Part shown: positions 1-7,930 of the stretch, one piece after another
Layout: every line of letters starts with the position of its first letter
How positions within the stretch are numbered: the first letter of the stretch is position 1
NCBI GenBank assembly: GCA_043782545.1
Contig: JAYWAI010000248.1
Span: forward strand, 1-33,101
Source: Acidimicrobiia bacterium
Lineage (GTDB): Bacteria; Actinomycetota; Acidimicrobiia; Acidimicrobiales; JBBRKR01
Reading direction: 5' to 3'
DNA length: 33,101 nucleotides
Program-made: the position numbers and the translations under genes
Notes under the pieces: model-generated
Told to the model about the DNA's origin: nothing
Database searches by the model: none
What the model saw: the letters and a program-made list of their open reading frames with translations, nothing else

Positions 1-117
1 CTCATGACGAATTTGGTGGACTGCCCGGCCGAGCACCTGAGAGTCGGCATGCCCGTCGTCGTCGATTTCCGCCCACTCACCGACGAGTTCTCCGCACCCA
101 TCTTCCGCCCTGCGTAG
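1..117 (+). CDS. 3' end of a DUF35 / OB-fold acyl-CoA-associated protein (5' part outside window)
   Basis: Frame 1 reads LMTNLVDCPAEHLRVGMPVVVDFRPLTDEFSAPIFRPA*, stop TAG at 115-117. The tail is paralogous to the C-termini of the two complete DUF35 ORFs here (..VGLPVEVTF..LPLFRP and ..IGMALEVDFE..IPVFRP). Confidence 0.6.
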   Translation, partial: LMTNLVDCPAEHLRVGMPVVVDFRPLTDEFSAPIFRPA

Positions 118-143
118 CAGCTAGTCAACTCTGAAAACGCAGG

Positions 144-1286
144 TCACACGCCGAGGATCATGGTACCGCTGGAGCAAAACCAGCCACCGGTGCCACTCAC
201 ACAGGCAAGTTTGGCGTCGGGCACTTGACGGGGGCCCGATTCACCGCGCAGTTGTCGGGCGGCTTCGACGATTAAGAAAAGCCCACGCTGGCCGGGATGA
301 CAGGCCGATAGTCCGCCGCCGTCTGTGTTGGTCGGCAACGCTCCGCCGAGTCGCAGGGCGCCCGATTCCACGAACGCCCCACCCTCGCCAGGAGCGCAAA
401 ATCCGAGATCCTCGAGTGTGATCAGCAGCATGTACGTGAACGCGTCATACAACTCGCATACGTCGATGTCGGCCGACTTCACCCCGGCTCGTTGGAAGGC
501 CAGTTTCCCAGAATCCTTGGCCGGGCCAGTAGTGAAATCGGCCCATTGGCCCATTGAAATGTGTGACGTGCTTTCGCCGGAACCCAAGACCCACACGGGT
601 TTGCGGGGAAGGTCTGCCACGCGATCTTCTGCCACGAGTACCACTGCGGCCGCGCCATCAGAGCGAATGCAGCACTGTAATTTTGTGAACGGATCGGCGA
701 TCATGGGGCCGTCAAGCACGTCGGCAATCGTGATTGGTTCGCGTGCAAATGCTTCTGGATTGTCGGCAGCATTGAAGCGTGCCGACACCGCTATCTCGGC
801 GAGTTGCTCGATCGTGGTGCCGTACTCGTGCATGTGCCGACGGGCGGCCATGGCGTACTTCGAAATGAGGGTGTGACCGTATGGCGCTTCCCACTGCATG
901 GGGCCTCGTGCGCCCCAATCCAAATTCGCCGCGCGCAAACCCTTGCGCAAGTCTGCCCGCGCCGTTGAGCCGTAGGCCAACAGCACCACGTCGGCATGTC
1001 CGGCAGATATGGCATCTGCGGCATGGGCCGCCATGATCTCCCAGGATGATCCGCCGACCGCTGTTGAATCGACCCATAGTGGTCGCAAACCCATATATTC
1101 CGCCACATCCACCGGGGCCATGGTGCCCAAGCCGGTGGACGCGAAACCGTCGATTTGATCGGGCCGCAAGCCCGCATCGGCGAGCGCTCTGCGGCTGGCT
1201 TGCGCCAATAACGCGTACGGGGTTTGGTTGTCTACCCGGCCAACTTCCGACAGTGCTACGCCCGCTATGGCCACTCGACGATTCAT
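144..1286 (-). CDS. Thiolase-superfamily protein, SCP-x / lipid-transfer-protein (Ltp) type
   Basis: 380-aa ORF. N-terminus MNRRVAIAGVALSEVGR and C-terminal NTDGGGLSACHPG..GTGG motifs are typical of SCP-x thiolase-like proteins. There is no Cys in the first ~105 residues, where the nucleophile normally sits. TACTGT lies 6 nt upstream of the ATG. Confidence 0.85.
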   Translation of the reverse strand: MNRRVAIAGVALSEVGRVDNQTPYALLAQASRRALADAGLRPDQIDGFASTGLGTMAPVDVAEYMGLRPLWVDSTAVGGSSWEIMAAHAADAISAGHADVVLLAYGSTARADLRKGLRAANLDWGARGPMQWEAPYGHTLISKYAMAARRHMHEYGTTIEQLAEIAVSARFNAADNPEAFAREPITIADVLDGPMIADPFTKLQCCIRSDGAAAVVLVAEDRVADLPRKPVWVLGSGESTSHISMGQWADFTTGPAKDSGKLAFQRAGVKSADIDVCELYDAFTYMLLITLEDLGFCAPGEGGAFVESGALRLGGALPTNTDGGGLSACHPGQRGLFLIVEAARQLRGESGPRQVPDAKLACVSGTGGWFCSSGTMILGV

Positions 1287-1300
1287 ACCCGCACAGTATC

Positions 1301-1314
1301 TGACACTTGTGTCA
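1301..1314. promoter_or_regulatory. Candidate operator, perfect palindrome TGACAC-TT-GTGTCA
   Basis: Perfect 6+6 inverted repeat in the 61-bp divergent spacer between the thiolase-like gene (start 1286, -) and the SDR gene (start 1348, +). One of nine copies in the window. Confidence 0.6.
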
Positions 1315-1347
1315 ACTCGTCGTTTCGAAGGGCGCTAGGTTGCGGCC

Positions 1348-2118
1348 ATGAGAAATCGTTTGGCAGGCAAAGTGGCGCTGGTATCCGGCTCGACGCGGGG
1401 GATTGGGCGTTCAGTCGCCGAGATGTTCTCGGCGCAAGGAGCTAAGGTCGCGGTGACGGGGCGCACGGTGGACCGGGGTGCCAAAGTGGTTGACGCCATC
1501 CGGGCCAATGGGGGCGAGGCAGAATTCTTCACGCTGGACATCACCAGTGAAGACAGCGTGCGTGATGTGATCAATGCCGTAGCTGAACGCTTCGGCGGAC
1601 TCACCACGTTGATCAACAACGCCGCGCCGACCGCCACGGTGGCACGAACAGTGAAACCATTGCATCAATACGGGACCGACGAGTGGAATGACATCCTCAC
1701 GGGAACCTTGACAGGCAACGTGTTCTGGGCGTCGAAATACGCGTGGCCATATCTCGTCGCGGCCCAAAGCTCTGCGTCGATTGTCAACATTTCGTCGGAC
1801 CAGTCGATACTGGGCTTACGCGGCTTTGGTGCTTACGCGGCGGCCAAGGGCGGCATGAATAGCGTCACTCGCACGCTCGCCGCCGAGGGAGCGGCCAACG
1901 GTATCCGGTGCAACACGATTGTGGTGGGCCGCGTCGTCAGCGGTCGCGGTGACTCCGGGGTGGGCATGACCAAAGGCGGCCTGAGCACCGTTGGCAACCC
2001 CAATCAGATTGCCGCTACAGCGCTGTTTCTGGCGTCAGATGAATCTTCATTTATCACCGGCGAACTCATCGTCGCAGACGGCGGCCTCGCTATGAACGGC
2101 GACGTCCACATGGCCTAA
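1348..2118 (+). CDS. SDR family oxidoreductase (FabG-like)
   Basis: 256 aa. Contains LAGKVALVSGSTRGIGRS (TGxxxGIG Rossmann motif), NNAA and YAAAK (YxxxK). TAGGTT lies 6 nt upstream of the ATG. Confidence 0.9.
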   Translation: MRNRLAGKVALVSGSTRGIGRSVAEMFSAQGAKVAVTGRTVDRGAKVVDAIRANGGEAEFFTLDITSEDSVRDVINAVAERFGGLTTLINNAAPTATVARTVKPLHQYGTDEWNDILTGTLTGNVFWASKYAWPYLVAAQSSASIVNISSDQSILGLRGFGAYAAAKGGMNSVTRTLAAEGAANGIRCNTIVVGRVVSGRGDSGVGMTKGGLSTVGNPNQIAATALFLASDESSFITGELIVADGGLAMNGDVHMA

Positions 2119-3164
2119 TCCTGTCGGGCGGCGAAGTGTTGGGCCAATGGGCCGAGGAGTTCTGGGACGGCGCCGTGGATGATGATCTCGTCGGCTCCAG
2201 CAGCGAGGTAATCCTGTAGCCGTGCCGCGCAATGCGCAGCCGTGCCGACAGCGGACGCTTCGCTCAGCCAGTGTTGGGGGAGCGCTCGGCTCACTTCGGC
2301 GAGTTGTTCCTTAGTGAAAATATCATCGGCGGCACCTCGCAAATTGACCAACATCGGGTGGGCGCGAAATGCGGTGAGCGCATTCACGTCCCACTGGTTG
2401 ACGGCGGCGAGCAAGTCGCCGAAGGCCGGGATTTGGTAGTACGTCACGGCCCGCCCGCCAACAATGGCGAGCTCGTGATCGCTTGTCACATCGGGAGCGG
2501 TCACCACAGTGGCGTACACCTTGACGGCGGTTGGATCGCGCCCTGCCTCGCTTGCGGCGCCTCGCACAATTGCGGCAGAGCGGGCGACCGCGTCGACGGT
2601 GAGAAACGGATGCAAAATCACGCCGTCGTAGTGCCGGCCAGCCAGCGTCAATGTGTTGGGGCCCATAGCGGCCAGCAACAGCGGAGGCGGAGGTACGGCA
2701 GGTAAGTCGCCGAGTTTGAGGGCCGGAAATTTGCCGGCGGGGCCGTCGTAACGCACCTTTTCGCCAGCGCACAATCGACGGTGGATGTCAGCGGAATCAA
2801 TCAGAATTTGATTCGACATCGGTGGGAACCCAGCGGCCCGCCACGTCGGCGCGACTGATCGACCAACACCTAACATGAACCGGCCGTTGCTGAGTGCTTG
2901 CAGCGTCATCGCCATGCTGGCCTGCGCTAACGGATGCCGAAATAGGTAGTGCGAGATACCGGTGGCAATTTTGACGGTGTGGGTGGCCTGCGCCACTGCT
3001 CCTCCAATTGCTGCCACGTCTTTGGTGCCATAACGTTCGCTGATCCACACGGTGCCGAGCCCGAGGTGCTCAGCAGTTTGGGCCTGACCTATAGCTAATC
3101 GAGGATCGGTTACCCGACCTGGCAAGAGGTACGCGCCGATCTGGTCGAGTGAAGTGGTCGGCAT
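2115..3164 (-). CDS. LLM-class (luciferase-like) F420/flavin-dependent oxidoreductase
   Basis: MPTTSLDQIGAYLLPGRVTDPRLAIGQAQTAEHLGLGTVWISERYGTKD is a typical LLM N-terminus. The ORF track starts at GTG 3182, inside the palindrome, so I prefer ATG 3164. The start is uncertain because no SD is seen. Confidence 0.8.
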   Translation of the reverse strand: MPTTSLDQIGAYLLPGRVTDPRLAIGQAQTAEHLGLGTVWISERYGTKDVAAIGGAVAQATHTVKIATGISHYLFRHPLAQASMAMTLQALSNGRFMLGVGRSVAPTWRAAGFPPMSNQILIDSADIHRRLCAGEKVRYDGPAGKFPALKLGDLPAVPPPPLLLAAMGPNTLTLAGRHYDGVILHPFLTVDAVARSAAIVRGAASEAGRDPTAVKVYATVVTAPDVTSDHELAIVGGRAVTYYQIPAFGDLLAAVNQWDVNALTAFRAHPMLVNLRGAADDIFTKEQLAEVSRALPQHWLSEASAVGTAAHCAARLQDYLAAGADEIIIHGAVPELLGPLAQHFAARQD

Positions 3165-3174
3165 CGGCGTATTC

Positions 3175-3188
3175 TGACACACGTGTCA
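3175..3188. promoter_or_regulatory. Candidate operator, perfect palindrome TGACAC-AC-GTGTCA
   Basis: Perfect inverted repeat filling the 18-bp gap between the LLM (-) and kinase (+) genes. The right half-site GTGTCA equals codons 1-2 (GTG TCA) of the kinase ORF. TATTCT lies at 3170-3175. Confidence 0.6.
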
Positions 3189-4271
3189 CATGTCGTTCCC
3201 GCTAGAGACCCGGTCGAGACGGCCAACACGTTGGCGATGTGGTTAGCCGCGCGAATGTCTGTCGAAGCGGTCGAAGTTGTCAACCTGTCGATTCCGGCTG
3301 CGGGGTTTTCCAATGAGACCATTTTGGTGACGGCACGATGGATAGCGAATGACGGAGCGCAGAACTCCTGTGATTTCGTGTTGCGTATTGAGCCGACGAG
3401 TCATCAATTGTTTGCTCAGCCCGACGCGATCCGACAGGCACGGGTGATGCAAGGATTGCAGGGCCGTGTCCCGGTCCCAAACGTGCTCTTTACCGAATCT
3501 GAGAATGGCTACTTTGGGGCGCCGTTTTACGTAATGGAACGCGTGAACGGGCGCGTGCCTGGCGATGTGCCGAGCTTCCACAAGCGGGGCTGGGTGGCAG
3601 AGTTAACACCGCAAGAGCGAGCGACGCTGCACCGGAACGCCGTTGGATCGTTGGTCGACCTCCACTCGATCCCCAACTCGACCGAGTTAAAATTTCTGGC
3701 CCAAACGCCGAGCCAAACGCCGAGCCAAACGCCGAGCCGTGCATCGGCGTTGTGGCACTACGTCGACAGCGTGCGCCAGTTCCACGAACTCAGCAAGCCC
3801 ATGTTGGTGCATGATCGAGCCGTGATTGACCGAGGGTTGTCGTACGTCATCAGCGAAATGCCCGACGACAGCGCCTCGTCGGTGGTGTGGGGTGACGCAC
3901 GCGTCGGCAACATCATTTTCGCTGACGATCTCTCCGTTGCCGCCTTGGTCGACTGGGAGGGAGCCACGGCCGGGCCGCCAGAAATCGACGTGGCGTGGTG
4001 GGGCATGTTCGACGAATTCCTCTGCGAGTGTCAAGGTCTCGTTCGGCTCGATGGGGTACCGACGCCGCAATCGTTTCTCGAGCAGTACGAGGCGCTGAGC
4101 GGTCGTCGGCTGGCCAACCTCAACTACTACCGTGTGTTATCCACCCTCGTGTTTTCGCTCATCAACAGTCGCCTGGCCGCGTTGTTGGTCGACACGGGAA
4201 AATCGACACCCGAGTTCGCCCGCCAAATAGTGACACGGGTGACCTCCATGATGCGCCAATCCTTGGGGTGA
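3183..4271 (+). CDS. Phosphotransferase-family protein (APH / acyl-CoA-dehydrogenase-associated kinase fold)
   Basis: 362 aa. Contains GFSNETILV, the catalytic-loop-like VVWGDARVGNIIF, and VDWEGATAGPPEIDVAWW (the DWE motif of APH-type kinases). The GTG start at 3183 is probably leaderless. Confidence 0.8.
   Translation: MSHVVPARDPVETANTLAMWLAARMSVEAVEVVNLSIPAAGFSNETILVTARWIANDGAQNSCDFVLRIEPTSHQLFAQPDAIRQARVMQGLQGRVPVPNVLFTESENGYFGAPFYVMERVNGRVPGDVPSFHKRGWVAELTPQERATLHRNAVGSLVDLHSIPNSTELKFLAQTPSQTPSQTPSRASALWHYVDSVRQFHELSKPMLVHDRAVIDRGLSYVISEMPDDSASSVVWGDARVGNIIFADDLSVAALVDWEGATAGPPEIDVAWWGMFDEFLCECQGLVRLDGVPTPQSFLEQYEALSGRRLANLNYYRVLSTLVFSLINSRLAALLVDTGKSTPEFARQIVTRVTSMMRQSLG
3701..3738 (+). 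repeat. Perfect 12-bp tandem repeat (ccaaacgccgag x3.2), in frame
   Basis: Units at 3701-3712, 3713-3724 and 3725-3736, plus 2 nt. Encodes QTPSQTPSQTPS inside the kinase ORF. Confidence 0.9.
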
Positions 4272-4292
4272 AAGCTTTAACGCACTCATGCT

Positions 4293-5033
4293 CTAGCGCC
4301 CTTCGCCAAGGTACGCGGACTCGAGCAGTGACGGATCCTTGCGAAATTCGGCGGCGTTGCCGTACATCGAAACACTGCCGTGGACGAGCACCATTGCCTC
4401 ATCGGCCACCTCGAGAGCCAAGCCGATGTGTTGCTCTACGAGCACCACCGCCGCACCAGTATTGTCAGCAATTTGGCGCACGACGGGCAGTAGTGACTCC
4501 ACAATGATCGGAGCCAGCCCCATGCTCATCTCGTCGACAAGAAGGACTTTGGGTTGTTGGACGAGGCCGCGAGCCATGGCCAACATTTGTTGCTCACCGC
4601 CCGAGAGTGCGCCAGCTTTGATTTTTATTCGGGTGCGTAGGGAGGGGAAGAGATCCAGAACGTAATCGATGTTCTTAACGCCCTTGGGACGAGCGATTTC
4701 GATATTTTCCTTCACTGTCAACGTGGTGAACAGTGCTCTGTTGTCGGGCACTAGGACGACACCGGACAAATTCGCAGCCGACGGCTTACCACTCGATAGC
4801 GACTTTCCGTTGAGCAAAACGTCCCCGAGAATGCGCGGTAGCAATCCAGCCATTGTCATCATCAACGTTGATTTCCCGGCACCGTTCGGACCAAGTACAG
4901 CGAGCACTTTCCCCGGTTGCAACCGCAGGTTGAGATCTCGAAATCCCACGATTTTGCCGTATCCGCCGACGAGATTGCGGCACTCCAACACCGGCGTGTC
5001 GTGCGGTTCTATGGCGGGTGATTCGGCGATCAT
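4293..5033 (-). CDS. livF: Branched-chain-amino-acid-type (HAAT family) ABC transporter ATP-binding protein, LivF-like
   Basis: 246 aa. Walker A GPNGAGKST, signature LSGGEQQML, Walker B LLLVDE. ATGA overlap with the upstream fused permease/ATPase gene. Confidence 0.9.
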   Translation of the reverse strand: MIAESPAIEPHDTPVLECRNLVGGYGKIVGFRDLNLRLQPGKVLAVLGPNGAGKSTLMMTMAGLLPRILGDVLLNGKSLSSGKPSAANLSGVVLVPDNRALFTTLTVKENIEIARPKGVKNIDYVLDLFPSLRTRIKIKAGALSGGEQQMLAMARGLVQQPKVLLVDEMSMGLAPIIVESLLPVVRQIADNTGAAVVLVEQHIGLALEVADEAMVLVHGSVSMYGNAAEFRKDPSLLESAYLGEGR

Positions 5034-7840
5034 TGCATGACCTCTTCGATCATTGATTCACCATGAGACTCGCCATGCGTCGTGCCCAAGTAGGCGTCGA
5101 TAACTCGCCGATTGCTCCGTATTTCTGCTGGCGTTCCTTGTGCGATGAGCTGACCAAAATCGAGCACCACGATGTAGTCGCAGAGGCCCAATACCAAATT
5201 GACATCATGGTCGACCATCAGGATGGTTGCTCCCATGTCACGAATATCTCGCAATCGTTCGCTGAGCCACTCGCTCTCCATCGAATCCAATCCAGCTGCC
5301 GGTTCGTCCAGAAGCAGCAAGTCGGGCTCAGCCACCAGTGCCCGACCAATTGAAACCAGTTGCCGTTGCCCCTGGGATAAATCGCCTGCCGGACGATCAC
5401 GAAGATCGCCGATACGCAGGGTTCCAATTGTGCGATCCAAGCTGGCTTTCGAGACGGCGCCAAAACCTTGGCGACCGCTGGCCAAACCAACCGTAAGGTT
5501 TTCTTCGACGGTGAGATCTTCGTACAGCTCGATGGCTTGAAAGGTTCTGGTCAGGCCGAGTTTGACCCGCTGATGCGGACGTTTGCCTTCGAGGTCAACG
5601 CCGTTGAGAGAAATACGTCCAGTCGAGTTGGCGAATCCGGTGAGGGCATCGATGGTGGTGGTCTTGCCTGCGCCATTGGGGCCGATGAGGCCAACAATGG
5701 CCCCCTGAGGTACGTCGAATGACACGTCGTTGACTGCCACTACGCCGCCGTAGGCAACACGTAGATTTTCGACGCGCAACAGGGTGGGCGCATCCGTGAG
5801 GTCGATTGTTTGACGCTGCGAAACGCTCGAAGTTGTGATGTCAGACGCCATGTCACCACCAGATCCTCGTAGTCGCTTTCTGGTTTTTTCGCGCACGTCT
5901 CTGACCATCAAATGGGCAGGGCCGGTGATGCCTTCTGGATTGGTAATCACTGTCACAATCAGCAAAACGGCAGTCACGATTTGGTACCACTTGCCGAGTG
6001 AAAACCATTTGTTGGTGGCGTAGTACACCACGGCGCTACCTCCGAGGAATCCAGCGGCAACACCGCCGGACACTGAGGTAATGCCGGCGAGGTAGGTCGT
6101 GCTAAAGAGTCCGAGTCCGACCAGCGGGAGGTATTGAGAATCAGACGCCGTGCCGTACCGGTACGCCAACACCGTGCCACCAATACCGGCGATAAATGAG
6201 GCAATGGCAAACGCGACCAGCTTCACCCGAAAGACGTCGACGCCCGCCGCAGCAGCGGAACGTTCGTTGGCCCGTACGGCCACCATGGCTGATCCAAGAT
6301 GGCTTCGGCGCAGAAAGGCGACTCCGGTACCGGCGAGGGTAAGCACCGTGAGAGCAAAAAGGCCGAATGCGATATGCGAGGCGTTTTTTGATTGTCCGTA
6401 GTCGAGATTGATGCCAAACAGTTTCGGCTTCGGGATGTCGACACCGCCCTTGAGACCCACAATGTCGGTGTTCTTGAACCAAACGTTTTCGATAGCCACG
6501 GCCAGACTTAGCGTGACCACGGCGACGCTCAGTCCTCGAACTCGCAATGCTGGTAACCCGACGACAACGCCAAGTGCCGTGGCAAACAGGGCCGCCAAAA
6601 TTGGAGCGACGGGGAATGGGATACCCCACTCCTTTGCTATGTAACTCAGCGAGTAGGCGGCAGTGCCCGCCAACGTGAGTTGAGCTAGTGAGATTTGGCC
6701 GGCATATCCCGAAACGACCACTAGTGACAATGAGAGCGTCCCGAATATCAAGCTGATGATGTAGGCCTGACGCCATTCGCCGTGTAAGGCGAGCAGTGCC
6801 AAAATTCCCAGGGCCACGCTGATGGCGGCAGTGGCGGGCACGTTGCGCGGTCGCGGCGCGCGGCCGAGCGATCGTTGCAACAATGCGCCACGTTCGGGCA
6901 ATGGTTTACCGCGCACGACGAGTACGAGTAACACGATGACGAGCGGCACAAGTTCCGGGCCCCCCACTTTGGGAAACCACGAAAACGTTTGCGGGAGAAA
7001 CAGTGTTTCTGATCCCAGCATGCCAATTGCCAGACCGCCGGCGGCGGCGAGGCCGAGGTGTTCGAATCGCCCTAGCACCGCGGCCGCCAGGGCGGGAATG
7101 ATGTAGAACGTGTAAGCCAACGGTGGTGGAGTTATCGAGCTCATCGAGGCGATCAAGATCCCCGCTAAGCCGGCCACGACCGATGACAACATCCAGTTGA
7201 TTGCCGCAACTCGTTGGGGCGAAATGCGGCTCACGGCCGCCCCTTTTTCCGTCTCGGCGGCGGCGCGGGTAGCTAGGCCGAACCGTGTGTATTTGAAACC
7301 TACGCCGAGCACTGCCGCCAGGATGATCACCGTGAGGGCAAACCACAATCGGTCAGTCGACACAACGGCGGCGCCGAGTTTGAACTTCGACGTGGGATAG
7401 ATCTTTTTTGACTTGGCGCCGCTGGCTCCAGCTTTGTTGACGGTGAGCGTGACGAGCAGAATTTGCACGCCGAGCGACGCCACGACTTTGGCCACGGGCG
7501 GCGCCGCTCTCAGCGGCCGGAAAACGGCCAAATACAACGTCAGGCCGAGCAGCGCTGACAGTGTGAGCGAGATAGCAAACCCGGTGTACACGTTAGGCAT
7601 AAACGGCAATTTGTACGTCTTGTCAAGGCCCGGCAATAGCGGCAGAAACTGTCCATCGCGCAAGTACGAGTAGACGTACGCGGCATACAGAGCGATTGAT
7701 CCAGTGGCGAAGTTGATGACACCGGAGCTGCGGTAGGTGACCACCAGAGCAATAGCCAACGCAGCAAACACTGCTCCGTTCCCCGTGCCAAGTAAGAGAT
7801 TGCCAAGATGACTCATTGTCGAAAAAATCCGTTCAGTCAA
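5030..7840 (-). CDS. Fused LivH-LivM-LivG polypeptide (two permease domains plus an ATPase domain)
   Basis: Uninterrupted 936-aa ORF. Residues ~10-330 are LivH-like (GVINFATGS..). Residues ~340-650 are LivM-like (LSLVVVSGYAGQISLAQ..). Residues ~680-936 are LivG-like (GLIGPNGAGKTT, LSQGQRQLV, LLLLDEPAAG). TTG at 7840 is the track start; the first ATG is at 7816. Confidence 0.85.
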   Translation of the reverse strand: MTERIFSTMSHLGNLLLGTGNGAVFAALAIALVVTYRSSGVINFATGSIALYAAYVYSYLRDGQFLPLLPGLDKTYKLPFMPNVYTGFAISLTLSALLGLTLYLAVFRPLRAAPPVAKVVASLGVQILLVTLTVNKAGASGAKSKKIYPTSKFKLGAAVVSTDRLWFALTVIILAAVLGVGFKYTRFGLATRAAAETEKGAAVSRISPQRVAAINWMLSSVVAGLAGILIASMSSITPPPLAYTFYIIPALAAAVLGRFEHLGLAAAGGLAIGMLGSETLFLPQTFSWFPKVGGPELVPLVIVLLVLVVRGKPLPERGALLQRSLGRAPRPRNVPATAAISVALGILALLALHGEWRQAYIISLIFGTLSLSLVVVSGYAGQISLAQLTLAGTAAYSLSYIAKEWGIPFPVAPILAALFATALGVVVGLPALRVRGLSVAVVTLSLAVAIENVWFKNTDIVGLKGGVDIPKPKLFGINLDYGQSKNASHIAFGLFALTVLTLAGTGVAFLRRSHLGSAMVAVRANERSAAAAGVDVFRVKLVAFAIASFIAGIGGTVLAYRYGTASDSQYLPLVGLGLFSTTYLAGITSVSGGVAAGFLGGSAVVYYATNKWFSLGKWYQIVTAVLLIVTVITNPEGITGPAHLMVRDVREKTRKRLRGSGGDMASDITTSSVSQRQTIDLTDAPTLLRVENLRVAYGGVVAVNDVSFDVPQGAIVGLIGPNGAGKTTTIDALTGFANSTGRISLNGVDLEGKRPHQRVKLGLTRTFQAIELYEDLTVEENLTVGLASGRQGFGAVSKASLDRTIGTLRIGDLRDRPAGDLSQGQRQLVSIGRALVAEPDLLLLDEPAAGLDSMESEWLSERLRDIRDMGATILMVDHDVNLVLGLCDYIVVLDFGQLIAQGTPAEIRSNRRVIDAYLGTTHGESHGESMIEEVMQ

Positions 7841-7864
7841 TATTCAGATTGACGAGGAGACACG

Positions 7865-7903
7865 AAAAAGGGGGTGGCATCGACCTGAGTCGACGCCACC
7901 CCC
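7865..7903 (-). terminator. Intrinsic terminator/attenuator hairpin between the SBP and permease genes
   Basis: The minus-strand RNA reads GGGGGUGGCGUCGAC-UCAG-GUCGAUGCCACCCCC-UUUUU. That is a 15-bp GC-rich stem with 1 mismatch, a 4-nt loop and a U5 tail. It starts 28 nt after the SBP stop codon. Confidence 0.6.
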
Positions 7904-7930
7904 GTAGTGCATTGAACTACTGGCTAAAGA

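Noticed and set aside
325-876. 183-aa plus-strand ORF, and similar ORFs (for example 6141..6776, 17722..18084, 20483..21013, 23159..23746, 27419..28102)
   Set aside because: All lie antisense or out of frame inside strongly supported genes. They have Ala/Arg/Pro/Ser-biased composition and are GC-rich shadow ORFs.
4271-4278. AAAGCTTT palindrome between the convergent kinase and livF genes
   Set aside because: It is an 8-bp AT palindrome with no stem of useful length and no U-tract, so it is not a credible terminator.
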